64,000 nt of DNA from assembly GCA_905178155.1 (NCBI GenBank), contig CAJINV010000002.1:4645709-4709708 (forward strand). The letters are read 5' to 3'. Positions within the stretch are counted from its first letter, which is position 1, and every line of letters begins with the position of its first letter. Under the pieces are notes generated by a model. It was given only the letters and a program-made list of their open reading frames with translations. It ran no database searches and was not told the DNA's origin. The position numbers were made by a program, and so were the translations under genes. This document shows positions 35,673 to 49,200 of this stretch, in pieces. Source of the stretch: Amoebophrya sp. A120 (lineage: Eukaryota; Protista; Dinoflagellata).

Positions 35673-37325
35673 CTAATCTTCTTCCTTCATCAACCACTGC
35701 AAGCCCACGCCCTCGGGCACTTTCCCTTCGTAACTAGACATCACGCACTCACGCAGGCGTTTCCGTTGCGCGTCAAAATCCTTCGTGCCAAAAGCAGTGC
35801 CATACGTGTCTTCGGACAGTACGTCTACCGCTTTTTCGCTTTCTTCCTCTTCCTCGCCCCCACCCGATCCACCTGATGAAGTTGTCGTAGTCGTGCCCCC
35901 CGTGGAGGCTTCGAAAGTGATCGGCACGCCTGCCATTCTTCGCATGGACGGGTTTTGCAGCCCGAAATACGGGTCCTCGTGCGGGTTGTCCTTCCTGACC
36001 ACGCGATGCTTCTTTTTCGTCTTCGGTTCGACAAAAGCGAGGTACTTCTCGGGTTCGTATCCGTACTGCGCCATGTCTTTGTCTTCGAACTCCTGCACCA
36101 GCTTCTCGAACTCTTTCTCCACCGGCTCGCCGCCGAAACAGTACAGATACTTCGCTCGCTTGTACATCAGCCCCTCCCCCTCGTGGTCTTCCAGTGTCTT
36201 CGCGAGAAAGGCGAAGTCGCGCTGCTTTAGCTCGGCGTTGGTGGTGTCCACTGTGGTAGTGCCGACCTGATCCAATGTGTCGAGCACGTCCTGCAGCGTG
36301 AAGGGCCGATGGTCAATGCCCGTCCGAAGCACAATCAGTTCTCGGGTGGAGCTAGAGGTAGAATTTCGTCCCGGTTCTTCCATGTTGCTTCTTCTGCAGA
36401 AAAACGTGGCTGTACCCAGCGACGAGGAATTGTCGCCTGGCGGGGACGACGCGGCAGCTGTACTCGGACTTTTCTCCCCGACCGGAGCTGAAGATAAAGG
36501 CCGCGCGGGATTCATTGTTCTTCCCTTCCTGGCTTTTCTCAACGCGTGTTCCCACTTTGCCAACTGTGACATGAAGCCCGGATTCGGGCAAATGGCGTCC
36601 CGGCAGCGGTGCGCGTGACCCAGGGCGTCAGAGAGTGAGATTCTCAACCAAGGCAGGAGGTAACAGACGAAACTCGTCGTGGATCGAGAAATGCCGGCCT
36701 GACAGTGGATGTAGACAGCGCGTCCTCGTCCTCGTGATCTTCTACTTTTCGCATTGTCTTTGTCCTCGTCCTGCCTCGAGGAATCTTGATCTTCATGACG
36801 CTTGTTTTTCCGTGAAATAACAAGCTGCGGCGCTGTAGTTGTTGAAAAGACACTGGCTGCCTCGTCGCCCAGGTGCGAGAAAAATTTTCTTGATAAGGTT
36901 GAAATCTCTTGCTCGGGTGGACAATTTGAGCTTGAGGAACTTGTTGTAGCCAAACCTCCTCCAACTGCAACTGGGCAGCTGCCCCGATCATCTGTTGCGT
37001 CAACAACTATTTCCCCCGCAATTGCGACTGGTCGTAATGGCTCCTCGTGTTCTCTTTTTTCACGACTCCAATTACAGCTCCGAGAAGTGTGCAAGAACGC
37101 GTTGATGAGCGGGAAGTACTCCAGCAAACCGGTCTCTTCGACATCCTGTACGTTGATGTGCAAAACTTTCAGGTCACACTGCTCCACAAGGAAATCCTTC
37201 GGCCGCGTTTCGCACACGGACAAAACGAACCCGACGTTGTTTTTCGTGAAAAAGTCCGCGTTTTTGATGGCGTCGGACCCGCCGAGCCACACGTCGTCCA
37301 GCACTCGGGACGGAGCGCCACCCAT
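35673..37325 (-). CDS. Atypical dual-specificity protein phosphatase
   Basis: Catalytic motif VYIHCQAGISRS (HCX5R), N-terminal SRVLDDVWLG, D-loop INVQD, ICPNPGFMSQL; MG start suggests myristoylation; long insert within the domain. Confidence 0.9.
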   Translation of the reverse strand: MGGAPSRVLDDVWLGGSDAIKNADFFTKNNVGFVLSVCETRPKDFLVEQCDLKVLHINVQDVEETGLLEYFPLINAFLHTSRSCNWSREKREHEEPLRPVAIAGEIVVDATDDRGSCPVAVGGGLATTSSSSSNCPPEQEISTLSRKFFSHLGDEAASVFSTTTAPQLVISRKNKRHEDQDSSRQDEDKDNAKSRRSRGRGRAVYIHCQAGISRSTTSFVCYLLPWLRISLSDALGHAHRCRDAICPNPGFMSQLAKWEHALRKARKGRTMNPARPLSSAPVGEKSPSTAAASSPPGDNSSSLGTATFFCRRSNMEEPGRNSTSSSTRELIVLRTGIDHRPFTLQDVLDTLDQVGTTTVDTTNAELKQRDFAFLAKTLEDHEGEGLMYKRAKYLYCFGGEPVEKEFEKLVQEFEDKDMAQYGYEPEKYLAFVEPKTKKKHRVVRKDNPHEDPYFGLQNPSMRRMAGVPITFEASTGGTTTTTSSGGSGGGEEEEESEKAVDVLSEDTYGTAFGTKDFDAQRKRLRECVMSSYEGKVPEGVGLQWLMKEED

Positions 37326-38063
37326 AATTCCAGTTTCTCTTTCTCTGCTGCAGAGCTACAATAAACTAGATGAAACGAAGATAATACTTTACTGGTTCTA
37401 CTTCATCGGCGCGCTTCTTTACAAAAGTGTTACACTATTCCTGCTTGTGTGTAAGATCAACATGTAAAATGCTGCAACTATTGTCGTTCTTACACCAGTA
37501 CCAAGCCGCGGAATGGAAATCCCCGAGGGGTTTAGAATCATCGTGATGCTGATCGACGTTGGATCTTTCACCACTTTGTTTGAACCGCCAGAAAAAAGCC
37601 GAGCCTCGTAGTCTTCAGGTTGTACTGCACGCAACTACAGTCGTTCCCTTTCTCTGCGTGGGCGTGCTGCATCGCCAGTCTAAACTTAAACTTAAAGAAT
37701 AGCCAAGTTCGAACACCGTACGGAATGAATGAAACCAAGAAGCCCGACGTTGTGTCCTCGCAGGGTTCTCGTCCTCGCCGACAGCTAGCTTTCCAGCGGA
37801 ACGAAGACTGCATAATTCTTGTGAAGAAGAAGAAGAAGAACAGCTGTCTGATGCTACCACGTTCTTGCACTTCCAGGTTCTTTATTCCTCGAAAGGAGCA
37901 AACCTTGTCTTCAAATAGACAAGTCACAACAGTTAACGCTGTTGCAACAGCAAGGTGTGATAGATACTCATCACAATCACCTCGGGGTGGTGCTCGGAAA
38001 CTATCCTTCTAGGTCCGTTGCGAATGCGACCGGGTCCTGTTTGCTTTAATACCCTGTAGTTTT

Positions 38064-40010
38064 TTACGCGTACTTGAAGTCCGGGTAGAAGATGTAGGGC
38101 CGGCGCTTCGTGCTCAATGCGGGTCCTTCGACGCTGGTGTATCCACTGTTGAACTTGTGTTGGTCCCACTTGCACTTTTGAAACTCGTCGTACCACTTCA
38201 CACACCGCTTACTGGCGTCCACTTTATGGAACCGTCAGGATCGAAATCGACAAAGTTGAAATGATTTGTCATGCATACCCGACTGCGCCACATCAAAAAC
38301 CTTTGCACCGTCGCCGCAAGCAGCTTCGGACGCAGGAGATCTAGCCTGACATGCAAATGAAATGACATGTAAGGAGATTGTCATGCAAATGAAATGATTT
38401 GTCATGCACAAAATGGATGCCAGTTGAACTTGGAACCCAGTTTCCAAGTGGCGCATGACAAATTTTGGTGGTGCCTAAATCCAGTTTGTGATGCTGTTTA
38501 GGCGAAGAAGATTGGTCGTTCTCTCATGCTGCTGCTTTAGCAGCTCGAGCAATAACCCCAAACAGGCTTATAATCGGCGTCACTTGCCTGCTCTGCAACA
38601 CACGTATTCCGCGTTATGCATTTTATCCATTACAAGTTATTTCAACTTTGTCAAATTGGATCCTGACACTCCCATACACTGGCTGTTTTTCGTACTGGTA
38701 CGTCTGCAAGCATCGGTATTCCTCAATCAGCAGGTACTTACCTGAATTTGTATATGCATTTCCGCATCATGCGCATGCCAAATTTTCTTATACTTATTGC
38801 GCTTGCCCTCTGTTGTTCAAGAAATGTAGCTGAAACAACTCTTAGTACACGCGTCCTTCGGGTCATCCGCGAGCACCTTGTCGGAAAACTCGTTCACTGA
38901 CAATCGAATGTCATCGGCGGATTTTGCCGCATTCATGGAGCTCGGCTGGTACAGCCCGTACCGGTATGCGATCTTCTTTTGCCATTCGGACTGGAACTTC
39001 CCAGCGGTCGGCGGGGCCAGCGACATCTCGTCACCAAGCATGTTCTCGTAACTCAGGTTGATACCTGTTGATGACATTATTGTCAGGAATTTTTCGAATT
39101 GCAAGAATTGTAGTAACAGTAAGCGTGCAAAGCCCGTAGCAAACCTGATGAAATTTGAATTTCTCACAAGTGAACAACATGATGACCATCGTATCATGAC
39201 GCTCAAGATGTTTTAGCTACACTCTCCTGAGGCATCAAATTAGATACGATCCTCCGAGGGCGGCATGGCATGGAACCCACGACTGTCCGAAGGGTAGGGC
39301 GCAATCGGCGTCGAATGGTTCTTCGTATCGAAGAGCTGTTTTGCTTTTTGTGACACATAAAACAACATGGTTCTTGCAGCAGTGAGCTTACAAACATGAC
39401 TCTAGGAAGAAAGACACATGGTCGATTTGAATTTGTGCGACCACGAACCTGAATCTCCTCGTCGTCACGTACATCTAAAAACGTGATCGAGTTCTTGTGC
39501 TTTGTCGGCTCTGAAAAATTACTTTGCATGCAGGTTTGGAAACAAAAACCACACCTTACCTCCCCGTGTTGCCTCTGCCCGGCCATCTGCGAGTCCGGCA
39601 CTTTCTCGTACCCCCACCTGTGCGCCCCCATGTGGTGCGCATTGTCGTACTTTGGGTTCAGCGGCACGCCCTTGCCCAGCTCGGTGAAAGCGCCTGTGAT
39701 TTGAAACAAATCCGACGAGCTAGTGGCTCCGGTACCGGCTTCCTATGCATTGCAAAAGTATTGTATCGCACTCGTATAAATTGCATTACAAATTTTGGCA
39801 AGAAGGAAAGTTAAATTTGTAATGTTGTTTTGCCTTGGGAAGAACATTTGTCATGCATATTTGCAATTAGTACGAGTACGATACTTTTGCACAGGATACT
39901 TCCTCACAGTTGACCACTGAAGATGTCGCTCGGGGTTGGAAGAAGGATCCAGAAGTCGGTCCGTTGTTCGTCCTCCTGCTGCGTGTGAAAAACGACGCAG
40001 AGGAGAACAT
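38064..40010 (-). CDS. Twin-CX9C mitochondrial protein, tentatively a myzozoan complex IV accessory subunit (ApiCox-like); about 7 exons
   Basis: Reconstruction MFSSASFFTRSRR...NCEE-AGT...DDPKDA CKYLLIEEYRC LQTYQYEKQPV-DASKR CVKWYDEFQKC KWDQ...RRPYIFYPDFKYA* needs two introners and four GT-AG introns removed. The ApiCox assignment is from memory and unverified. Confidence 0.75.
38225..38676. mobile_element. TIR introner, family F
   Basis: TIR tatggaaccgtcaggatcgaaatcgacaaagttgaaat / atttcaactttgtcaaattggatcctgacactcccata; flanks cactt/cactg; removal rejoins the two CX9C motifs. Confidence 0.92.
39744..39898. mobile_element. TIR introner, family A
   Basis: Ends tatgcattgcaaaagta / tacttttgcacaggata; repeat cttcc; removal gives NCEE-AGT. 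Confidence 0.92.
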
Positions 40011-40880
40011 CTTGAAGGAGGGTCGTGGTAAAATGACAAGAGCCAAAAAAACCTCCACTCTGATTTGGACGACAGATTGTTTCGTCACGTGTAACGGAAA
40101 CGGAGACAGACCCGCATGACAACTCGCCAATTACGGATACCAAAACGTCAAACCAGGTGCGCCGGCGTCCATGACAGTGGAGTTATACATCACTCATCTG
40201 CAAAAAAAGAAACATCACTCACGTATCTTCGGCACCGGAGAGATACTTCTTCTACTTGTCCGCAGATCTCACTGGCCATCTGACTATCATCCTGGTCGTG
40301 GCCAAAGAAGATCCTTTTTGTTTTTCGGAACAATTAAGCAAAGCTCAGGAGGAACACTGCGGCGAAACAAAATCGAATGCGGATAGTCATGCATCGAGGC
40401 GCTGTCGACTCTACTCAGATGAAGCTTACCGAAGGGACGCGAACTGTGAGATGCGTATGTGTTTGCATTCAATCATAAGAGAAGGTAGGGCGAGGGGTCA
40501 TGATCATCTTCATCAATAAACAATATTATTAGTTCTCCGACTGAACAAAAAAACGTGGCGGGGCGATGAAGCTGGCAATATGAAAGAAGGCTGTTGTAGA
40601 AGTAGAGCGAGATACAAGGATGACAGTCGGTGTGACCTCTATATTAAGTTATATATAATGATAATTTACCACACTGTTGTAAATACGACAACAGTGAAGA
40701 CGAAAATGATAAAGAGGTAGAAAGTGAAAAACAGAGCGCCAATAAGGGCTTCCGTGGCAAGGCTTCTCCCGACCGTGGAAATTTCCGATGAGTCCACAGC
40801 AAGCACTACTTTTCGATCCCAGTTTAGCCAGTGACGTTGTGGTCCCCTCGCATGTCAAAAACACTCGAGAAGATTTTTCG

Positions 40881-41918
40881 TCAAAACTTGTACTGGTCCC
40901 AGCGCGCCACCACGTCCTTGTACCAGCCGGGCACCCAATCCGCATCCTCACAGCTCCGCTGGTAGAACAGGATCCAGAACCGAATTTTCCCGAAGTCGAT
41001 GCCAGGAATGATCTCTGCGTTTGGGATTTTCTTCCCGGATGCCGGGTCTGTGCGTCCGGTCGGGTTGTTTTGGAGCAATTCCAGAAATTTCTCCAGAATC
41101 TTCTCGTACAGAACCAAGGTTTTGTACTTCTGCCGCACGAACAGTTCCTTGCAGGCGTCTTTCGCCACGGCGGTCCGCTCGTTCCGCGCCTCGAACTGCC
41201 CCCAGCGATCGCTGGGTACCACCCACCAAATATAGTGGCCTTTCTTGCGGCCGAGCCTCTCTAATTCTTGCAAAACCGTGCGAAACTCCGTCTGCTGCTT
41301 TACCAGCAAGTTATCCAGAAGCCACTGCTTGTCGTGCGTCTCGCCGTTCACGGTGATCGTGCCCGGAATGGACGCGAAACTGTAGTACCCGACCGTCTGC
41401 CCCGCGAGCTGTCGTGGCGGAGTAGGTGGCTGGGAAGCTACTACCTCCGGGCTCAACGCGACAAACTTTTTTTGCCGCTCTCGCGATGCCTTCGGGCCCC
41501 GCAGCCGCGCGTCATCTTGGACTTCGACCGCCGTCTGCGGCTCCTCCGAGGAAAACGCTATGTAGTGCGCAGGGAGGTTTGCCAGAATCCGGGCGTCGCG
41601 ACCTCCGGCACTGTTGCCCCCCTGGTTGGGGATGTTACTATTCCCATTGTTGCCCCCGCCGTTCGCGCTGCCAGGACTTTTTGCCGCGGTCACGGAAAAA
41701 TAGATCGCGAGAAAGATGACCAGCGAGAAGCCCATGACGGTGAGAACTACCCACAAAACCGGATTCTTGGCCCAGCAGGAGACCGAAGTCTCAGCTTGTT
41801 CTTGCGATTTGTTGAAGTCACCGGTGTGGTCAGCGCCAAATCCGGCATGTTCTTCACTACTAGCCGCGACAAGATGTTCTCTACTTGGGTCACGCCGCGA
41901 GCGAAAAGATTTTGCCAT
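40881..41918 (-). CDS. Intronless single-pass membrane protein with a DUF1810-like C-terminal region
   Basis: 345-aa ORF; TM VLWVVLTVMGFSLVIFLAIYFSV; VLQELERLGRKKGHYIWWVVP resembles the DUF1810 EL..G.K..HW.W..FP motif. Confidence 0.7.
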   Translation of the reverse strand: MAKSFRSRRDPSREHLVAASSEEHAGFGADHTGDFNKSQEQAETSVSCWAKNPVLWVVLTVMGFSLVIFLAIYFSVTAAKSPGSANGGGNNGNSNIPNQGGNSAGGRDARILANLPAHYIAFSSEEPQTAVEVQDDARLRGPKASRERQKKFVALSPEVVASQPPTPPRQLAGQTVGYYSFASIPGTITVNGETHDKQWLLDNLLVKQQTEFRTVLQELERLGRKKGHYIWWVVPSDRWGQFEARNERTAVAKDACKELFVRQKYKTLVLYEKILEKFLELLQNNPTGRTDPASGKKIPNAEIIPGIDFGKIRFWILFYQRSCEDADWVPGWYKDVVARWDQYKF

Positions 41919-43229
41919 CTTTAAATTTTCGGGAGTTCCTAAATCACTTGTTGAGCCAAAGAGAGTAACTCGTCTTTATGTTGTCAACGTTCCGAAATGG
42001 TTCTTAAATGGTCACTGTCCACGTTCTTCACCCCACGTGGAAAATATAAAAAAGTAAAATTTAAAAAGTAAGTAATTGCGAACAGATAAGAGCTCAAAAC
42101 CTCATAAGTACTTTTTTAGATCAAAATTCTCAAGATCAAAATGCCTTTGAAAAGAGGGGACGTAAGTACAAGCAATTGTGAAGAAGGTTGCGGTGTTGAA
42201 AAAGAAACTGTGCTTGCTACAACTCCTGTGCGACATACTTATTCATTTCAACCGACGAATTTATTTTTGTTGTGAAATGCCGGCTGTGATAGGGCAAGAA
42301 CAAAAAAACACTTTCATGTTCAACGTTTCCTGACCGAGCAGTTCCATATTTGGACGAACCAATGTGTGTCTGTCGATCAAAAATACGACCCGAGACGATA
42401 ATAATTTCGGTACCTGCCAGAAGCTGCACTCACGGAACTGCAGACTGGCACGAACCCACCGATGTTTCCCAATTACCGTGTGGGTATCACGCGAGAAGAG
42501 GAAGACCACCGATATGTCTCATTTCATCTATTCCGAAAAAGGCCTCCTCTTGTTCATCAACCGACGGATTTCTCTTCGCCGACCGAGAACCATCAATGAT
42601 GACGAAAGCTAGGTTCTTACTCAGTACTGTAGGTGTTGATGTGCGGGGAAGCGCTACTACCTGGACGAGACCCAAATTCCAGAATAGGCTTTGAGTGAAT
42701 TGAAGCAAAGAAGTACCTGCGCAATATCACAAGGTTGTCCTTCCACTCCAGAGCAGGGATGACGAGAATATGAATGTCAATATACATGATGAGACAAACT
42801 GTTTTACCGAGAAAACCACAGCATGATGTATAATTCAGGTGGTCGTGGTTCCGGTTCGATATGGAAGCGCACAAAACGAAACCTTTTCTCAAGTAGTTGA
42901 AGTGAATGTGAACATCTGGATTCATCTGCGATTGGCCATAGCCACTGTTTGCACCGCAAGGCGTGCCACCATTGGAGCATCACCTTGGCGTATTTTTCAT
43001 GTGTGTCCACCTCGCCAAAGCTGTATTCTCAGTTTCGAATTACGGCACTACAGGCAAGGGCAGCGCAGCGGCAGCGTTCATATAATTACAGCTTTCAAAA
43101 AATCTAAATCTAGATCTACTACTTTTCGCTTTCGGTATAAAATTTATCTTGAATGAGCATGATTGAGCAAGCAAACATAAACAATGGCAGAGTGTATATC
43201 ATCCATCATATGATCCAATCTTCGTCACT

Positions 43230-46200
43230 CTACGCCATTTCCACGTCTTCCACCTTCATGTCGCCACTCGACCCCGCACCTTCGGTCACCAAGGGGATTT
43301 TTATCGCGGCGAGATACTTCACATCCACCGCCTCGTCGTCCCCGTCGACGTAGGTCGGGTTGGTTTCGCAGCTCGGCGTTTCTTCGGAGGGAATCAGCCA
43401 GAACTTCGCGTTGTCCAGCTGCGTATGCGTGATCGTCGCCCCCAATTTGGCGTCAATTTTGCCGTCCTTGACCGCCTGCTCCGCTTTGGTCGCCATCACG
43501 CGCAGCACTTTCTCCAGCGGCGTGTCGTTGTTGATCTGCAGTTCGGCGTTCACGGGCTCCGGAAGCTTCCCGGTGGCTTTGCAGTTCTATGAACTGCAAA
43601 AGCATCGCACTCGTATAAATGCATTACAAATTTCCTCAGCATGAGAGATAAAATTTGTAATGCGGATTTACCTTAAGATAAAGATTTGCAATGCATGATT
43701 GCAATAATATACGAGTACGATACTTTTGCACAGGATAAGTTCCTCCACTCGTTCATGTACTTCATTTTCAAATTCTGCGGAATGGTGGTGGATTTCATGA
43801 TGTTGGACATCGCAGTTTGCTGGTCCAGCGTCAGGTCGGGAATCAGCTTCGGGTCGAGCGCGATGGCGAAGGGATAGACTTGGGTGGACACGGGGATCTT
43901 CTCCTTGCCGTCGTCACCACCTAAGAATTTGTGTTACGAATACGATTGAGGAGGTATAGGTAACCTCCCAAAGAATAAGAAACAGCGATTCTGTCGTGGC
44001 GCAAGAATTAAAGTACGTAGAGCACCACATTTACACAGTACCTTTCTTGTGTCCGATGATGAAGGCCCAATTGGTTATGGCGTTCTCAAACGTTACATTC
44101 TCAACTGTTACATAATTTGTCATGCAAAACTCTCATCAGCATCTACACCATCAAGCTGCTTCGCATGACAAGTTTTCGAAGGGCTAGACAGTATCTAAAC
44201 CTGTGCCAGACCTGTATTGCAAGAGGCGCAATCTTCCCCCTTTCACTCTTGCTGTTTTAGCATCACAAATTCATGCAACAGCTGAGAATGTAACATTTGA
44301 GAACGCCATATTGGTCATGACCAAGTTGTGGTCGTCCTCGAGCCAGGACATAAAATCCTTCATTTTCATCGCGCCCCCCGTCGGTACCGTCAGTTTGTCC
44401 CAAACGGAGTGTGGGTTCGTATGGAACGGTCAGGATCGAAATCGACAAAGTTGAATAGATGATTTGCCATGCATAAAATGGATGCCAGTGTTAACCCAGT
44501 TTCCCAGTGGCGCATGACAATAAATCTGGGTAGAGCCGAAATCTAGTTTGTCATGCCGTTTGGGTAAGGAAGACGCCTTTTGTCGTGCTACTTTAGCAGC
44601 TCCATGTCGATGTCTACCCCTCAACAGGCTTACAACCTGCCTCACTTGCCTACTCTGCAAGACAGGCACTCTGTGGGTTGCATCTTATGCATGACAAATC
44701 ATAATCATTTCAACTTTGTCGATTTCGATCCTGACACATCCATAGTTCGGGTAGGCCGCGTACTTTTCCTTGATGAAAAACTCCTCCTTGATATCCTCTG
44801 CAAAAACATCCCCACCCCCGAGTTCTTGTCATGCAGATCTGCAAGCACAAGAGCATTTGTAATGCGCATCCCCATGATAGGCATATGCGATCGCGTTTTG
44901 GAACTTGTAAAGCTGTAAACAGGATAAGCAGATAGATTTGTAATGCGACTTCCCTTGCTAACCTGCACTACAATACAGTCTGCTATTTGTCATGCGTGGC
45001 TCCCAAAACTTCAAGGTTTGTGTTGCAAAACCCACATCTTGACTCTGGGGTGCGGACGTTTTTCCTTAGGATACTTGATCTTCCCCGCCTCGTCGAACGC
45101 GTCTTTCGGCAAAGACGTCGGATCCGGTTTCTCCACGGATTCCCCCGACTTCAACTTCTTCGGCTCGTCCGCCTCAAAGCTCGTGTACGTGTTGGTCGCT
45201 AGCCCGACTAATCGCTGCCTTAGCGCGGTGACGGGCTTCTTCAACAACACCTTAAAGAGCTCCAAAATCACCAAGCCCGTGACCGCCGCGGTCGTGGTTG
45301 CGATCGCGGGGATGATGCGGCCCGCGATTAGTTTCACTTTCTGGAAATCCGAGTTGGTGATCGAGTAGTTGTCGGCCCGGAGGTTGGCGGCCTGCGTGAT
45401 GAACGAAATGTGAAAGTTGAAGTCATCATCCTTCTCAAAATCCGCCTCCTCCAGGGCATCCGCGATTTTTGATTTACTTTTTGTTGTTCCCAAAGCCTTG
45501 CACTTCTGCTTCAACTCCGCGACGACTCGGGCGAGGACTGCCTTCCCCGAAGAACTTGCGCCCTCCTTGTCTTCCGTTTCGGACAGTTTTGCGGTGTTTT
45601 GCTGGTCGGCCAAATTCGGGTCGTCATCCACCTTCACCCCACCGGACATGTATTCCGGGATTTTTAGAGGTGACGATGCTGCTCCACTTCCGCCGCCTAG
45701 CACCTCTCGTTTCAGCCAGTCCTTGGTCCTTTGCTCCTTGACCCAACTGTCGTCCCCGTCGATTTTCACTGGATTTGCACCGATCGTCACGGCGATGAGG
45801 TTGGTGGCCGCGATCATGAACTCGCAGTGCGTTTTGTTCTCCACGTCGAAGGCAGCAATTTTCGGAAACCTCTTGTGCCCGGTCCAAAAGGGGCCCTTGT
45901 CCGCCTTCGTCTCGGGGTCAATCATCCGGTGGCTCTCCGGGAACGCGGTCACGAGGTCCTTAATCTTATGCATTGCAAAACTATCGTACTAGTTTAAATC
46001 ACATCACAAGTTTTTTCAAAAAGAAAATGGAATTTGTCATGCTGATTCACAACCTAAAAAGGGATACTTGTCATGCATGATAGCAATTATGTACGAGTAC
46101 GATACTTTTGCACGAGATAAATCTTGTCCCGGAACAGCAAGTGGAACAGGTCGAAGGCGACCTGCCCGGCGGCCTTCAGAGAGGGGGATTCGATCGCAGT

Positions 46201-49200
46201 GACGAAGGACAGGAGAATCCTCGCTTCAAAGAGCGACTGCGCGACGTCTGTGGTGGCCTCGAGATTCGCCTCCTCCACGAAGCTGTCGACGTCCTCGATG
46301 CACTTTGCGAGCTGTTTCATATCAAAGGGAAAAATCCCCCCTCCCCATATCGAAATGGAAATCTGCCATGCGGGATACGTGTACACAAATCGGCCTTGTC
46401 TTGCAGTAAAGGAGTACAGGCGGATACCAAACCGGAGCAGGGGCGTTTTGGTGTAGCCGTCTAGCAAGGCCGGTATATCCTCCGTAGGCCGTATAGCATT
46501 ACAAATTCCCTGCAGGACCAGGACGCGCCAAGGTTTTTGGATTTGCCTTCTTGCAATACAGCGACGGTTTGTGGTCTCAAAACAGCATCACAAATTTTCA
46601 GAAGTATCCCGGTCTGCGTCTGGTATGGGGAGGGGGGATTTTTCCTCGCAATACTTCACGGTCTTTACCAACACCATCTCGAACAAGTCGCGCGCCCACT
46701 CGATGCAATGGTCGGGCAGGTGAGGAAAGTTGCGCAGCGTGCACATGGGAATGCCGCCGCCCTGGGCACTGTTCATGTAGATCAGTTGGGTCGTTAACAT
46801 TTTACTTTTAGGGCGTACTTTAATAGAGATGTAAATCAGGGAAAATGTTGGTAGAAGACAAGAATAAATGCTGGCAACAGTAGAGTGAGAGGACACGACA
46901 AACACATCAAGACAAAACACAAACAGACAACTCGGCGAAAAAAGATATACGCCTGCCCGCCGTCCCTGTAGGTTTTCGTGATGAACGGCACCACGGGATC
47001 CACGTTTCCGCTCGGTCCCATGGTACCGGATTCCAAAAGCGGTTTTTCGTACTTGCAGCACTGGTCGTCCACGTAAAGTCTGGCCTCCATGTTGTCCAGG
47101 GCGTTGACGACCAGGTCCAAATCCATCCAAAACTTGTCGTCAAACTCTTCCTCGGTGGATTTGCCAACGAACATCTCCAGGGACCGGATGTTCAATTCGT
47201 TTTTGCCTCCCGCTTTCTTCTGCCACCTTGACATCTTCTTCGCCATCTCGCCGGCCGCGACCGACTTTGGCTGCCCCACGTTGTGCTCGCGGAATAGAAA
47301 CTGCCGCGCCAAGTTCGACAACTCGATTCGATCCGCGTCCGTCACGGTCAACTTTCCTTTTGGTTGATGTTCTTGTTTTCCAACTTCACTACTGGAAGTC
47401 GTTGGACTACTATCCGGAGGACAGCAAATCCCATTCAACGCGAAGTTCTTCAGCAACTCACACCCAAGCGCCCCGCAGCCGACCATGAAGAGCTTGAGAT
47501 TCTGCAGTTTGGCGATAAACTGCTTTCCGTACAGCGCTTCCAGGTCGCCGTACCTGGATTCGTCGATCTCGCTTTGGGATTTGGGCAAGTCGGTCGGCTT
47601 CTTCTCGCTGTCCGGAAGCGCTTCCCGGGCGTGGAAATGCAGGAAGCCCGGGATGGGGGTAAACTTGCCCGTGATCTGTGTAGTGGTTTTTTCTCTTTTA
47701 TAGTCTCCATGATTATTATTCTGCATCTGCGTCGATTTCTTTGCTCCAGGTACCTCGTCTACCGAAACAAGATAGAGCCAAGAAGCTTGCGAGGACCGCT
47801 TCTAGTTGCTTCGTAGTTTTGCAAGGCATCCAATTATTTCTGAAATAATCATACCTTCACTGCCTCCTGTCCCAGCACCCCGCCGAGAAATGCGGACAAG
47901 GGCTGCAGTTCGATGTTGGATTGCCGTACGTACTCGTACACGAGGTCCTCGTTGACTTCTATGTCCAAGTCCAGCTTCTTCCCCTCGCCGGACAGCAGCT
48001 GCTTCGCCTTTTCCACGATTTTTTCCTTCGGCATTTCGGGTAGGAGATACTTCTCTTCCGGCTTTGAGTACAGAACGGTGGCCATGCCGATATCCTGTGC
48101 AAAAGTATCGTACTCGTACTAATCGATGTCATGCATTACAAATCCCTTTCTTTGGGCTTGGGGGAATCCGCATTACAAATTCCATTTCTAATGCTGAGGG
48201 AATTTGTGATGCTACTTATACTAGTACGATACTTTTGCAGTGCATAGCCGAGGTGGACCTGCAACTCCGAGCCGAAGTCCAGCATGTCCGTGCCCGTCAT
48301 GTCCATGAAGGGAATGCCCGGGTTTGCCAGTTTCGCGGAAAATGGATGCGAGGGAACGTGTTCGTTTACCTGGATTTACCGATTTTTAAATGTATAGGGC
48401 GAAGGAACCTATGTACGTAGCAGGGGTGCGCGTCATGTTGCAATATGATTGAACGTCGGGATGCACAAGCGTTCATGTGCCGCTGCGAACAAGAACAAGA
48501 AGTCATTTCTGCTGCATAATTATACAGCGAAGAAATTTATTTTCCCTGATAGTTATTTCAACAACGCATAATCATACCTTCTTTTCCGTCAATGTTCCTC
48601 CTTTCACATACTCCCCCTCGTATTCCATCGTACTCCCGACCAACCGCAATGAGTTCGACGGGTCCCCTATCCTGAGTAAAAACGTACCCACACCAGAGTC
48701 AGGATGGGGAATCTGCTAGACAAATCAGCCAGCTTTGGTTGTTTGGCATGACAGGTTTGTCCGCGTAGTGTAGTGCTGTTTGAGCTAGTTTAGCAGCATT
48801 ACAGATCTAGTATCTCGTGCTGATTGGAGCATGACAAATTTCAAAACCGCACTAGAAAATCTCTCATGGGGCTCCGCATGAGAAACATTTTAAGCATGCA
48901 GAGTTGCATGACAACTATGGTGTGGGTACGTTTTTACTCAGGATATCCCCGGATTTTTGCGTCGTTTTCCAGCAGTTGATATCAAATGCAAAAATGTCTG
49001 GGTCTGGAAGAATGCAACTTGTAATGCGTATCTCAGAACACAGAAAAGTCTCTCATGCATACGTACCGAAAGCTGCCCACTTTCTGTCAGCAAAATAGGA
49101 GACTTCTCATGCGGATTCGGCATTGCGGAAGCTTCTCGAAACCTGTGATGCTAAAATTTCCATGAGAGACCTTCTGTGTCATGCAAAAACAGCATGACTC

